NCBI GenBank assembly: GCA_036502405.1
Contig: DASXYP010000031.1
Span: 21,799-85,798, forward strand
From: Acidimicrobiia bacterium
Lineage (GTDB): Bacteria; Actinomycetota; Acidimicrobiia; IMCC26256; JAENVU01
Length of the DNA stretch: 64,000 nucleotides
Direction: 5' to 3'
Position 1 is the first letter of the stretch, and each line of letters opens with the position of its first letter. The translations under genes and the position numbers were made by a program. Under the pieces are notes generated by a model. That model worked only from the letters and a program-made list of their open reading frames with translations. It searched no databases and was not told the DNA's origin. Shown piece by piece: positions 35,032-44,047 of the stretch.

Positions 35032-35790
35032 CTAGAAGGTTCCGCCGTCCACCGCGACGCGCACGCCCGTCACGTACCGGCCGCCCGAGCCGACCAGGAA
35101 CCGCACGACGTCGGCGACCTCCTCGGGCGTGCACACGTGACCGAACGGCGACCGCGCGTCGAGCGTGCCGATGTCCTCGACCCCCATCGCACCCTTCACG
35201 AGTCGGCGCCCCATCTCCGTCGCGACGAGACCCGGCGCCACCACGTTGACGTGGATCCCGTTGCGCCGCTCCTCCTTGGCGAGCGTCATCGCGAGCGCCT
35301 CGAGCGCGGCCTTCGCCATGTTGTAGGGCGACGAGTTCGCGGCCAGGTGGGTGGTGGCGGCGCTGGAGATCATCACGACGTCGCCCCGATCGCGCTCTCG
35401 CATCGGCGGCACGAGCTCCTGGCAGAGGACGAACGCGCCGAGCGCGTGGGTGCGGAACAGCCGCTCGATCTCGGCGGGGTCCGTGTGGGCGACGTCCTGG
35501 CCACGCGACGCGATGCCCGCGCTGTGCACGAGGACGTCGATCGGGCCGAGCTGGTCGAGCGCCGTGCGGGCGAGGTTCCGGGCCTGGTCGACGTCGTCCA
35601 CCGACGCACCGATGGCCAGGGCCCGCCGGCCGAGGGCCTCGATCTCGGCGACGGTCGCGATCGCCGACTCCTCGTCCTTGCGGTAGCTGATCGCGACGTC
35701 GGCGCCGTCCCGGGCGAGGCCGAGCGCGACCTCGCGCCCGATGCCCCGACCGCCGCCGGTGACCAGCGCCGTACGACCCTTCGCGTCCAT
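35032..35790 (-). CDS. short-chain dehydrogenase/reductase
   Basis: From ORF 35032..35793. Motifs are VTGGGRGIG, HSAG and a catalytic YNMAKAAL. The ATG at 35790 overlaps the upstream stop (TGATG); GTG 35793 is the alternative. Confidence 0.85.
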   Translation of the reverse strand: MDAKGRTALVTGGGRGIGREVALGLARDGADVAISYRKDEESAIATVAEIEALGRRALAIGASVDDVDQARNLARTALDQLGPIDVLVHSAGIASRGQDVAHTDPAEIERLFRTHALGAFVLCQELVPPMRERDRGDVVMISSAATTHLAANSSPYNMAKAALEALAMTLAKEERRNGIHVNVVAPGLVATEMGRRLVKGAMGVEDIGTLDARSPFGHVCTPEEVADVVRFLVGSGGRYVTGVRVAVDGGTF

Positions 35791-36614
35791 CACTTCACCT
35801 CACCGACGTCGAAGCGGGGCGGTCGCTTCTCCAGGAACGCCGCCATCGCCTCCTGCATGTCACCGGCGAAGCTCGAGAGCAGCTGCGTGCGGTTCTCGAG
35901 GTCGATGCCGGCCTGCAGGCTCCCGATCTCCAGCTGGCTCCACATGACCTCCTTGGTCATGCGGACCCCGAACGGCCCGTTGCCCAGGATCACCGCGGCC
36001 TTCGCGAGTGCCGTTTCGAGGAGCGCGTCGTCCGGGACGACGTCGGTCACGAGCCCGATCCGTTCGGCCTCGGCCGCGTCGGCGAACCGCCCGGTGAGCA
36101 TCAGCTCGTAGGCGCGCGACGCGCCAACGAGCCGGGGCAGGATCCAGCTGGTGCCGATGTCGCACGCGGACAACCCGACCTTGATGAACGCGACGTTGAA
36201 GCGCGCGGACGACGCGGCGATGCGGATGTCGCTGCCGAGCGCGAGCGCGAGCCCGCCGCCCGAAGCCGCGCCGTTGACCGCGGCGATGATCGGCTGGGGC
36301 TGGCTGCGGAACGTCGGGATGAGGCCGGCGATGTACTGCTGCACCCGCAGCCCCGCGTGGACGGTCCCGGTGCGGGCCGGGCCGGGGATGTCGACGCCCT
36401 CGGCCAGGTCGAGCCCGGCGCAGAAGCCCGGGCCGGCGCCGGTGAGCACGATCACGCGGCACGTGGGATCTGCGCGCAGGTCGGCCAGCGCGGCGTACAG
36501 CCCGTCGAGCAGCGCGTAGTTCATCGCGTTGCGCCGCTCGGGCCGGTTCAGGGTGACGATCGCGACCTCGTCGGTCGACCGGTCGACGAGGACGGCGTCC
36601 TCGGTGGGACTCAT
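35790..36614 (-). CDS. enoyl-CoA hydratase/isomerase (crotonase) family protein
   Basis: ATG 36614 inside ORF 35790..36797 (MSPTEDAVLVDRSTDEVAIVTLNRPERRNAMN...VIVLTGAGPGFCAGLDL...). Confidence 0.85.
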   Translation of the reverse strand: MSPTEDAVLVDRSTDEVAIVTLNRPERRNAMNYALLDGLYAALADLRADPTCRVIVLTGAGPGFCAGLDLAEGVDIPGPARTGTVHAGLRVQQYIAGLIPTFRSQPQPIIAAVNGAASGGGLALALGSDIRIAASSARFNVAFIKVGLSACDIGTSWILPRLVGASRAYELMLTGRFADAAEAERIGLVTDVVPDDALLETALAKAAVILGNGPFGVRMTKEVMWSQLEIGSLQAGIDLENRTQLLSSFAGDMQEAMAAFLEKRPPRFDVGEVK

Positions 36615-36621
36615 CGGTGGT

Positions 36622-37497
36622 TCATCTCCTCGACTCGGCGAGCTGATGGGCGCGACGGGCGATCCCGTCCGCGCCGAGGCGGGTGCACCAGTCGTCGAAG
36701 GTCGAGTCGGGGCCGATCCACTCCCAGTCGTCGACGGTCCCGACCTCAGAATTCTCGCGGAGCGTCGCGAGCACCTTGAACAGGTCGGCGTCCTCACGCT
36801 GGGCCGCGAGGTTCGTGGCGAGCTTGACCGCCCCCCGGACGTCGACGGCCCAGTCCTTGGCCAGCGGCGGGATCTCCTCGAGGTGCCCGTAGTGCGCGAG
36901 CACGATGGCCGTGGACTTCGCGCCCCAGCCGGGGATGCCCGGGAACCCGTCGGCGGTGTCGCCCACGAGCGCGAGGTAGTCCGGGATCGACTCCGGGAGC
37001 ACCCCGAACTTGGCCTGCACGCCGGCCTCGTCGCGGATCGTGTTCGCCCGGCGGTCGAGCTGGACCACCCGGGCGCCGACGACGCACTGGCCGAGGTCCT
37101 TGTCCGGCGTGCAGATCACGACGCGCTCGACCCGGGCGTCCGCCGCCGCGACCCTCGCCGCGCTCGCGAGCCCGTCGTCCGCCTCGACGTCGACCATCGC
37201 CCACACGGCCACCCCGAGCGCCCGCAGCGCGTCCTCGACGACGGGGAACTGCTCGAGCAGCACCGGATCCATGCCCGCGCTCGTCTTGTAGCCGTCGTAG
37301 AGGTCGTTGCGGAACGACTCGACGATGTGATCGGTCGCGACCCCGACGTGCGTCGCGCCGCCCTCGAGCATCGCGAGCACGGAGCCGACGACACCGCGCG
37401 TGGCCGCCACCTCCATGCCGTCCGGGTCCAGGTGCGACGGGACCGCGAAGTGGTGGCGGAACAGCTCATAGGTCCCGTCGACGAGGTGGACGTGCAT
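36622..37497 (-). CDS. 5'-3' exonuclease (FEN / Pol I N-terminal domain-like, stand-alone)
   Basis: 291 aa (MHVHLVDGTYELFRHHFA...EADDGLAS...TPDKDLGQ...DYLALVGDTADGFPGIPGWGAKSTA...). PIN-like and H3TH motifs are present. Confidence 0.85.
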   Translation of the reverse strand: MHVHLVDGTYELFRHHFAVPSHLDPDGMEVAATRGVVGSVLAMLEGGATHVGVATDHIVESFRNDLYDGYKTSAGMDPVLLEQFPVVEDALRALGVAVWAMVDVEADDGLASAARVAAADARVERVVICTPDKDLGQCVVGARVVQLDRRANTIRDEAGVQAKFGVLPESIPDYLALVGDTADGFPGIPGWGAKSTAIVLAHYGHLEEIPPLAKDWAVDVRGAVKLATNLAAQREDADLFKVLATLRENSEVGTVDDWEWIGPDSTFDDWCTRLGADGIARRAHQLAESRR

Positions 37498-37619
37498 GCG
37501 GCGTCAGCCTGTCACACCACTCGCCTGCGCCAGATCTCCCCTCGTCGATCGGGACACGGTGCGCAAGGCAGGCGACGACGGGCGGCTCCGTCGGGTGGCG
37601 GCATGACAGGATCACGGCC

Positions 37620-38348
37620 GTGCCCGACGAGTCGTTCCGCCAGCGACATCAGCGCAGCTTCATGCAGCGGTTCGCCGAGGGCGACACCTACGGGTCGCTG
37701 CTGGCCCTGATCCTGGTCGCCTACACGTTGATGGCGCTGGTCGAGAACACGAAGTGGTCGCGGACCATCGTGAGCGCGAGCTTCGGCGCGACGCTCCTGT
37801 TGGCGCTCCACACGTCGCACGTCCGCGGACGGGTCATCCGCGTCATGACCGTCGTCGTCGGTCTGTTCATCGTCTGGCAGGGCATCCTCGCGGCCGCCGA
37901 CCACGAGCCGTTCGTCGGGGCCAGCTACGCCTTCGTCCTCCTGATCGTGGCGTCGCCGGCGGTGATCCTCGTCCGCATCTTCCGCCATCCGGTGATCAAC
38001 GTGGAGACGATCCTCGGCGCAATCGACGCCTACCTGCTCCTCGGGATCTCGTTCGCCGCGGTCTACGGCGCGCTGGACGACATCGATCCCCACTTCTTCC
38101 GGCAGGGCTTCGCGACCGGGGTCCAGTACCTGTACTTCAGCTTCGTCGTGATCACGACGTTGGGCTTCGGCGACTTCACCCCGCGAACGGACCTGGGCCG
38201 GGTCGTGGTGAGCCTGGAGGCGCTGTTCGGTCAGCTCTTCCTCGTGACGGTCGTGGCGGTGCTCGTCGCCAACCTCGGTCGGGCGGCCCGGCCCACGCGG
38301 GCCGCGCCGGCGGGAGAAGACGACGCGGCGGAGCCGGACGGGCAGTAG
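37620..38348 (+). CDS. two-TM potassium-channel family protein
   Basis: 242 aa. It has a pore helix and selectivity-filter-like sequence (FSFVVITTLGFGDFTP) flanked by hydrophobic helices. The start is GTG 37620. Confidence 0.75.
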   Translation: MPDESFRQRHQRSFMQRFAEGDTYGSLLALILVAYTLMALVENTKWSRTIVSASFGATLLLALHTSHVRGRVIRVMTVVVGLFIVWQGILAAADHEPFVGASYAFVLLIVASPAVILVRIFRHPVINVETILGAIDAYLLLGISFAAVYGALDDIDPHFFRQGFATGVQYLYFSFVVITTLGFGDFTPRTDLGRVVVSLEALFGQLFLVTVVAVLVANLGRAARPTRAAPAGEDDAAEPDGQ

Positions 38349-38369
38349 CGGGCGTCGCGGACCGGCCGA

Positions 38370-39467
38370 TCAGCCGGGGCGGACGCCGAACTGGAACGTC
38401 TCGCGCCACGCGGGCGAGATCTTCACGACGTCACCGGTCTGCGGCGCGTGGATCATCATGCCGCCGCCGATGTAGAGACCGACGTGGTGGTAGTCCGAGT
38501 AGAAGACGACGATGTCGCCGGGCTGCAGCTGGCTCCATCCCACCTTCGGGAACGCGGCGGCCTGCGAGCCGGAGTAGTGGGCCATGCCGACCCCGGCGGC
38601 GCGCCACGCCGCCATCGTGAGCCCGGAGCAGTCGAACGTGTTCGGGCCGGCGGTCGCGAAGACGTACGGCTTCCCCAGCTGCGCCCGTGCGTACGCGACT
38701 GCGACCGCGGCCCGCGACGACGGCGATGGTGGGTTCGGGTTCTGCGGAGCTGGCGGCGGCGGGGGCGAGGAGGGCGGGTGCGGTGTCGTGACCGGAGCGG
38801 CGTGCGGCGGTGCGGCCGGCACCGGACCCGCACCGGTGCGCGCGGTCGAGCCCGTCGCGGAGCTGGCGACGAGCAGCGCACGGGGTGTGCCGACCGGACC
38901 CGCGCCGTCACCGTGCGGCGTCACCTTCGCGGCGGCCGCCGCGGCCGCCTCCGCCATCAGCTTGCGCCGAGCCGCGGCCGCCGCCTCGGTCTCGGCGCGG
39001 AGCCGGTCGCGCGCGGCGGTGGCGGTCTGCTCCTGCCGGGTGAGCCGCCCGAGCGTGCTGCTCAACCCGCGCAGCAGTGCCTGATCCGGCTTCGCCGCGG
39101 CCGCGACGTACTGGGTCCGGCGCCCGAGGTCGTCGACGCTGTCCGTCTGGAGGACCGACGCGAGCCCGTCGCCCGAGGCGCCCTCGTAGAGCGAGGCGGA
39201 GCGGGCCCGCACGAGGGTCCGGACCTGCTCGACCCGGGTGCGCGTCGCCGCGAGGCGCTGCTCGGTGGCGTTGAGCACCGCCGAGGCCCGATCGAGCCGG
39301 AGCCGGCTGAGGTTGTACTGCTCGTTCAGGACGCCCAGGTCGCGGCCGGGGGCCGCCGTCTCCGTCGCCGGCGCCGCACCCGCCGGGCCGGCGAGCCCGA
39401 CGCCGAGCGCGCCGAGCAGGGCGGCAGCCGCGACGGCGCGAGCAGCTCGGGTGGAACGGGAGGGCAC
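38370..39467 (-). CDS. secreted NlpC/P60 peptidoglycan endopeptidase with coiled-coil N-terminal domain (RipA-like)
   Basis: From ORF 38370..39725, started at GTG 39467 (AAAGGGG RBS). It has a signal peptide, a coiled-coil, a Pro-rich linker, and the NlpC/P60 core (GKPYVFATAGPNTFDCSGLT...HHVGLYIGGGMMIHAP). Confidence 0.85.
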   Translation of the reverse strand: MPSRSTRAARAVAAAALLGALGVGLAGPAGAAPATETAAPGRDLGVLNEQYNLSRLRLDRASAVLNATEQRLAATRTRVEQVRTLVRARSASLYEGASGDGLASVLQTDSVDDLGRRTQYVAAAAKPDQALLRGLSSTLGRLTRQEQTATAARDRLRAETEAAAAARRKLMAEAAAAAAAKVTPHGDGAGPVGTPRALLVASSATGSTARTGAGPVPAAPPHAAPVTTPHPPSSPPPPPAPQNPNPPSPSSRAAVAVAYARAQLGKPYVFATAGPNTFDCSGLTMAAWRAAGVGMAHYSGSQAAAFPKVGWSQLQPGDIVVFYSDYHHVGLYIGGGMMIHAPQTGDVVKISPAWRETFQFGVRPG

Positions 39468-39513
39468 GCCCCTTTGTCGGCCGTACCACCCGCGGAGTTG
39501 AACGCGAATGCGG

Positions 39514-40530
39514 CTATTGCGGGGGAACGGCCGCGCCGGCGACGTGCGCCGGGTCGACCACCGGTGAAGGCGCGACCGGGTGCGCCAGGTCGGGCACCGG
39601 ACCGGGCGGGTCGAGTCCGCGCCGGCGCGGCACCGCCTCGTACATCCCGAGCAGCACGGCGATCGTGGCGCTGAACACCGCGGTGGCTCCGGCGACGTGG
39701 AAGCCGACGAGGATCGCCGGCACACCGTTGAAGTACTGGGTGTACCCGAGCGCCGCCTGGGCCACCAGGAGCACGAGCAGCAGGCCGACGCGCGACATCA
39801 CCCGGCGCGCGCCGGGATCCCGGCTCACCACCCAGAGGGTGACGAGCGTCAGACCGAGGAACACCATCACGCTCGTCCCGTGGATCCGCGCGACCTCGGG
39901 GACGCGGAAGTCGAGCCGCGTCGCCTTCAGCCGCGCATTGCTCCCCGCGTCGCCCGAGTGCGGGCCCGACCCGGTCACGACGGTGCCGGTCACCAGCACG
40001 ACCGATGCGCTGAGCACCAGCAGGCGGCCGAGCCACAGCGTCCCCCACCGCACCGACGGGCGGCTGCGGGCGTCGTCGGGGATCCCGGCGCGGTGGTACA
40101 GGACGATCGCGTTCGCAAGCAGCACCGCGGAGAGGAGGAAGTGCCCCATCACGAACGGCGGGTCGAGGAGCTCCTCGACCACCAGCGCGCCGAGCACGAT
40201 CTGGCCGATGAGGCCGACGACCAGGCCGAGCGAGAGCCACACCAGGTCGCCGCGGCGGGGCCGGCGCACGAGCGAGCCGAGGACGGCCACGATCACCGCG
40301 AGAGACACCAGGCCGGTGACGACGCGGTTCGCGAACTCGATGTTCGCGTGGACCGAGTGCGACGCGCCCGAGGTCAGGTGCCCGTTCGTGCAGTTCGGCC
40401 AGTCCGGGCACCCGAGCCCCGAACCGGTCAGCCGGACGGCGGCGCCCGTGACGATGATCGCGGCGAGGAGGATCGCCGCCACCAGCGTGATCTGGCGGTA
40501 GGCGCGCGGCGAGATCCCGAGCCGTCCCAT
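39514..40530 (-). CDS. ctaA: heme A synthase (COX15/CtaA family)
   Basis: 338 aa and polytopic. It has the Cys pair (GSGLGCPDWPNC) and conserved His-containing helices (...RIHGTSVMVF..., ...GFHVAGATAVF...). Confidence 0.85.
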   Translation of the reverse strand: MGRLGISPRAYRQITLVAAILLAAIIVTGAAVRLTGSGLGCPDWPNCTNGHLTSGASHSVHANIEFANRVVTGLVSLAVIVAVLGSLVRRPRRGDLVWLSLGLVVGLIGQIVLGALVVEELLDPPFVMGHFLLSAVLLANAIVLYHRAGIPDDARSRPSVRWGTLWLGRLLVLSASVVLVTGTVVTGSGPHSGDAGSNARLKATRLDFRVPEVARIHGTSVMVFLGLTLVTLWVVSRDPGARRVMSRVGLLLVLLVAQAALGYTQYFNGVPAILVGFHVAGATAVFSATIAVLLGMYEAVPRRRGLDPPGPVPDLAHPVAPSPVVDPAHVAGAAVPPQ

Positions 40531-40602
40531 TCGAGCGCCATCGTAGGTGTGGGTGCCCCGCGTCCGCTGATCAGCCGCGCGCTCGGAGCGCCAGACGAGC
40601 GG

Positions 40603-41187
40603 TCAGGTGGTCGCGGCGGGTGGGAAGGGGATCGCCGGGTCGTCGATGCCGTCGTCGCGCTCCACCCCGAACGCGTTGAGCGCGAACGACACGAGGTGGT
40701 ATTGCCCGATCGCGAACACGAGGTCCATGCACTGCTGCTGGTCGTAGGTCTCGGTGAGCGTGGCCCAGGTCCCGTCGGAGATCGTCGAGTGGTCGTGCAG
40801 CTCGTCCACCGCGCGCAGGATCGCCGCGTCGTGAGCACTCCAGCCGGGTGCATCCGGGCCTGCCGCGATCCGGGCGACCTCCTCGTCGGTGATCCCCTCC
40901 CGCCGGCCGATCGCGACGTGCTGGCCCCACTCGTAGGGCGCGTCGCAACGCCACCCCGTCCGGAGGATGGCGAGCTCGCGGTCACGGCCCGAGAGCGTCG
41001 ACTTCGTGAGCACGTGGTTGGCGAAGACGAGCCAGCGCTTCATGAGCTTCGGGTGCTGGGCCGTCGTCATGAAGACGTTGAGGACCTCGGCGTCGTCGCC
41101 CCGGAGCGTGGACAGCGCTCCGAGGAGCTCCCGGGTCTCGGGGTCCGCGTCGTCGAGGGACACCGGCTGGATGCGAGGGGTCATCAC
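40603..41187 (-). CDS. carboxymuconolactone decarboxylase (AhpD-like) family protein
   Basis: 194 aa (...RDRELAILRTGWRCDAPYEWGQHVAIG...). Confidence 0.75.
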   Translation of the reverse strand: MMTPRIQPVSLDDADPETRELLGALSTLRGDDAEVLNVFMTTAQHPKLMKRWLVFANHVLTKSTLSGRDRELAILRTGWRCDAPYEWGQHVAIGRREGITDEEVARIAAGPDAPGWSAHDAAILRAVDELHDHSTISDGTWATLTETYDQQQCMDLVFAIGQYHLVSFALNAFGVERDDGIDDPAIPFPPAATT

Positions 41188-41206
41188 GACAGCCTACGGT
41201 GACGCC

Positions 41207-42100
41207 GTGGCGCAGATCCGGTACGACGAGTTCAGCTTCTTCCACGAGAACGCGGAGGAGGTGGGCCTGCAGTTCGTCCCACCGACCGTCGTGCGCGTGA
41301 GCGTCGACGTCGGCCCGAACCAGCGGGTCAGCGCGCTGCGCTGGGGCACCGGCGAGCCCGAGCTCGTGCTGCTGCACGGTGGTGCGCAGAACGCCCACAC
41401 GTGGGACACCGTGGCCCTCGCGCTCGGGCGGCCGCTCCTCGCGATCGACCTGCCCGGCCACGGCCACTCGGACTGGCGCGCCGACCACTCGTACTTCCCC
41501 GCCGAGAACGCACGCGCTGCGGCGACCGTGATCCGCGAGCTGGCGCCGAAAGCGCTGGCGGTCGTCGGCATGTCCCTCGGCGGGCTGACGGCGCTCGCAT
41601 TGTCCCTGGACGCCCCCGAGCTCGTGCGGCGGTTGATCCTCGTCGACGTCACTCCCGGCGTCGACAAGGACAAGGCATCGGCGGTGATCTCGTTCATCGC
41701 CGGCCCGGAGTCGTTCGCCAGCTTCGACGAGATCCTCGAGCGGACCGTCGCGTTCAACCCGACACGGTCGGTCTCGTCACTGCGGCGCGGCATCCTGCAC
41801 AACGCCGAGGAGCGCGCCGACGGGACCTGGGTCTGGCGCTACGAGCGCTTCGTGCTCCCGGACGACGCGGAGCTGCCCGAGTTCGGCGACATGTGGGAGG
41901 CGGTCGACGCGGTGCACGTCCCGCTGCTGCTCGTGCGCGGCGCGGACTCGCCGGTCGTCAGCGACGAGGACGTCGACGAGCTGCTCCGCCGACAGCCCGA
42001 CGCGCGCGTCGCCGTCGTCGAAGGCGCGGGGCACAGCGTGCAGGGCGACCAACCGCTGGAGCTGGCCCGCCTCATCGAGGAGGACCTTCGCGGCACGTGA
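41207..42100 (+). CDS. alpha/beta hydrolase
   Basis: GTG 41207 inside ORF 40967..42100. It has the oxyanion motif LLHGGAQNAH, the nucleophile elbow GMSLGG, and a C-terminal GAGHSV. Confidence 0.85.
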   Translation: MAQIRYDEFSFFHENAEEVGLQFVPPTVVRVSVDVGPNQRVSALRWGTGEPELVLLHGGAQNAHTWDTVALALGRPLLAIDLPGHGHSDWRADHSYFPAENARAAATVIRELAPKALAVVGMSLGGLTALALSLDAPELVRRLILVDVTPGVDKDKASAVISFIAGPESFASFDEILERTVAFNPTRSVSSLRRGILHNAEERADGTWVWRYERFVLPDDAELPEFGDMWEAVDAVHVPLLLVRGADSPVVSDEDVDELLRRQPDARVAVVEGAGHSVQGDQPLELARLIEEDLRGT

Positions 42101-42294
42101 GCCGGAACATCTGCCCCGTGTGTCCGTGCTGCCACGGAGCGTGTTCAGCGTCGCGCAGACAGTGCGAAAGGGCGCCGGATTTGCGCCGATCGCCGGGTTC
42201 GCGTTGCCACGGCTGAGCGTGGCGGGTAGACCCGATCATCATCTTCGATCCGGGCCCGCGCGCCCTCGTACCCCGCATCCGGCAGACCGCAGCC

Positions 42295-42624
42295 GTGCCG
42301 GCGCGCTCCGTCCGGGCGACCGCGGTCCTCTTCGCCGTCGGCTCGCTGCTGACCCTCGTCGACGCGCTGATGACGCACGCGCTGCTGCGCCAGGACGGCT
42401 TCGGCGAGCGGTGGGCGCCGGTGCGGGCACTGATGGACGCGGTCGGGGTCGACATCGCGCTCGCCATCTGCGCGGTCCTCGCGGTCGGGGCCATGGCGGC
42501 CGTCGCGTGGGCGTCCGTCCGGGCGCGCCCGGCCATCGCGTCACTGTCCTTCGTCGTGCTGTGCGCGGTCGTGGCGGTACGGGTCTGCGGTTGCGTGAAC
42601 AACTTCGGGGTCATGCTGGGCTGA
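42295..42624 (+). CDS. small hydrophobic membrane protein (DUF5658-like by eye)
   Basis: 109 aa with three hydrophobic spans and high GC3 (…LLTLVDALMTHALLRQDGFGERWAPVRALMDAVG…). Confidence 0.5.
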   Translation: MPARSVRATAVLFAVGSLLTLVDALMTHALLRQDGFGERWAPVRALMDAVGVDIALAICAVLAVGAMAAVAWASVRARPAIASLSFVVLCAVVAVRVCGCVNNFGVMLG

Positions 42625-42655
42625 CCGCTCACCGGGCGCCGGAGTCCCGGCGCCC

Positions 42656-44047
42656 ATGAACGCCGACCTCGAGGCGCGGTACCGGAGCCGGAGCTTCTGG
42701 CTCGACTCGCTCGACGGGCCGCTGCATCCCCGCCCGGCGCTCGATCGCGACGTCGACGTCGATGTCGCGATCATCGGTGCGGGCTACACCGGGCTCTGGA
42801 CCGCGTACGAGCTCGCCCGGCGCGACCCGACGCTGCGGATCGCGGTGCTCGAGGCGGAGATCGCCGGCTTCGGCGCGTCGGGACGCAACGGCGGCTGGTG
42901 CTCGGCGCTCTTCGCAGGCAGCCGTGAGGTGACCGCGAAGGCACACGGGCGCGATGCGGTCGTCGCGCTCCAGCGCGCGCTCTTCACGACCGTCGACGAG
43001 GTCGGTGCGGTCGCCGCGGCCGAGCAGATCGACGCGGACTTCTGCAAGGGCGGAACCCTGGAGCTCGCAACCGCGGCCGTGCACGTCCCACGCCTGCGCG
43101 CCCGCGTCGAGCACGAGCGGGAGTGGGGCTTCGGCCCGGGCGACGTGCGCTGGCTCCCGCCCGCGGAGGCATCGGCACGACTCGACGTCGCCGAGCTCCA
43201 CGGTGCGGTCTTCACCCCGCACTGCGCACGGGTCCATCCGGCCCGCCTCGCACGCGGCCTCGCGGACGCGGTCGAGCGTCGCGGCGTGACGATCCACGAG
43301 CAGACCCGCGTCGTCGAGATCTCGCCCCGGCGACTGCAGACCGAGGGTGCCCGGGTGAAGGCGGACGTGGTCGTGCGTGCGACGGAGGGCTACACCGCGA
43401 GGATCCCGGGCCACCGGCGAGACCTCGCCCCCCTCTACTCGCTGATGATCGCAACCGAGCCCCTTCCCGTGTCGTTCTGGGATGCCGTCGGCTGGGCCGG
43501 TCGCGAGACGTTCAGCGACGGCCGGCACCTCATCATCTACGGGCAACGCACCGCGGACGACCGGATCGCGTTCGGTGGGCGCGGCGCGCCGTACCACTTC
43601 GGCAGCCGCGTGCGGGACGGCTTCGACCGCGACCCGGCGACGTTCGCCGAGCTCGCGCGTGTCCTGCGCTCGCTCTTCCCCGCACTGGACGGCGTACGGA
43701 TCACCCACGAGTGGGGTGGACCGCTCGGCGTCCCGCGCGACTGGTACAGCTCGGTCGGGTTCGAGCCCACGACCGGGCTCGCGTGGGCCGGCGGCTACGT
43801 CGGCGACGGCGTGGGCACGAGCAACCTCGCCGGGCGGACGCTCGCCGACCTGATCCTGCGGGAGGACACCGAGCGCACGAGGCTCGCCTGGGTCGGCCAC
43901 CGGTCGCCGCCCTGGGAGCCCGAGCCGTTGCGATGGCTCGGGGTCAACGCGGGCCTCGCGCTCACCGCCGGGCTCGACCGCACCGAGGCCCGCACGGGGC
44001 GCCGGGCCCGATGGCGCGAACGGCTGCTCGCCCGCATCACGAGCTGA
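42656..44047 (+). CDS. FAD-dependent oxidoreductase (DAO family, gamma-glutamylputrescine-oxidase-like)
   Basis: 463 aa with the dinucleotide motif VDVAIIGAGYTGLWTAYELA. Confidence 0.85.
   Translation: MNADLEARYRSRSFWLDSLDGPLHPRPALDRDVDVDVAIIGAGYTGLWTAYELARRDPTLRIAVLEAEIAGFGASGRNGGWCSALFAGSREVTAKAHGRDAVVALQRALFTTVDEVGAVAAAEQIDADFCKGGTLELATAAVHVPRLRARVEHEREWGFGPGDVRWLPPAEASARLDVAELHGAVFTPHCARVHPARLARGLADAVERRGVTIHEQTRVVEISPRRLQTEGARVKADVVVRATEGYTARIPGHRRDLAPLYSLMIATEPLPVSFWDAVGWAGRETFSDGRHLIIYGQRTADDRIAFGGRGAPYHFGSRVRDGFDRDPATFAELARVLRSLFPALDGVRITHEWGGPLGVPRDWYSSVGFEPTTGLAWAGGYVGDGVGTSNLAGRTLADLILREDTERTRLAWVGHRSPPWEPEPLRWLGVNAGLALTAGLDRTEARTGRRARWRERLLARITS

Noticed and set aside
21588-40530. 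Separation of ctaB (21588) and ctaA (39514) by about 17 kb, with a TlpA-like protein, an ABC exporter and a polyprenyl synthase near ctaB. I considered this as a possible novel heme-A gene island.
   Set aside because: The same loose neighbourhood (tkt/tal/zwf, ctaB, ABC transporter, ctaA) is typical of actinobacterial chromosomes, including mycobacteria. It is ordinary synteny.
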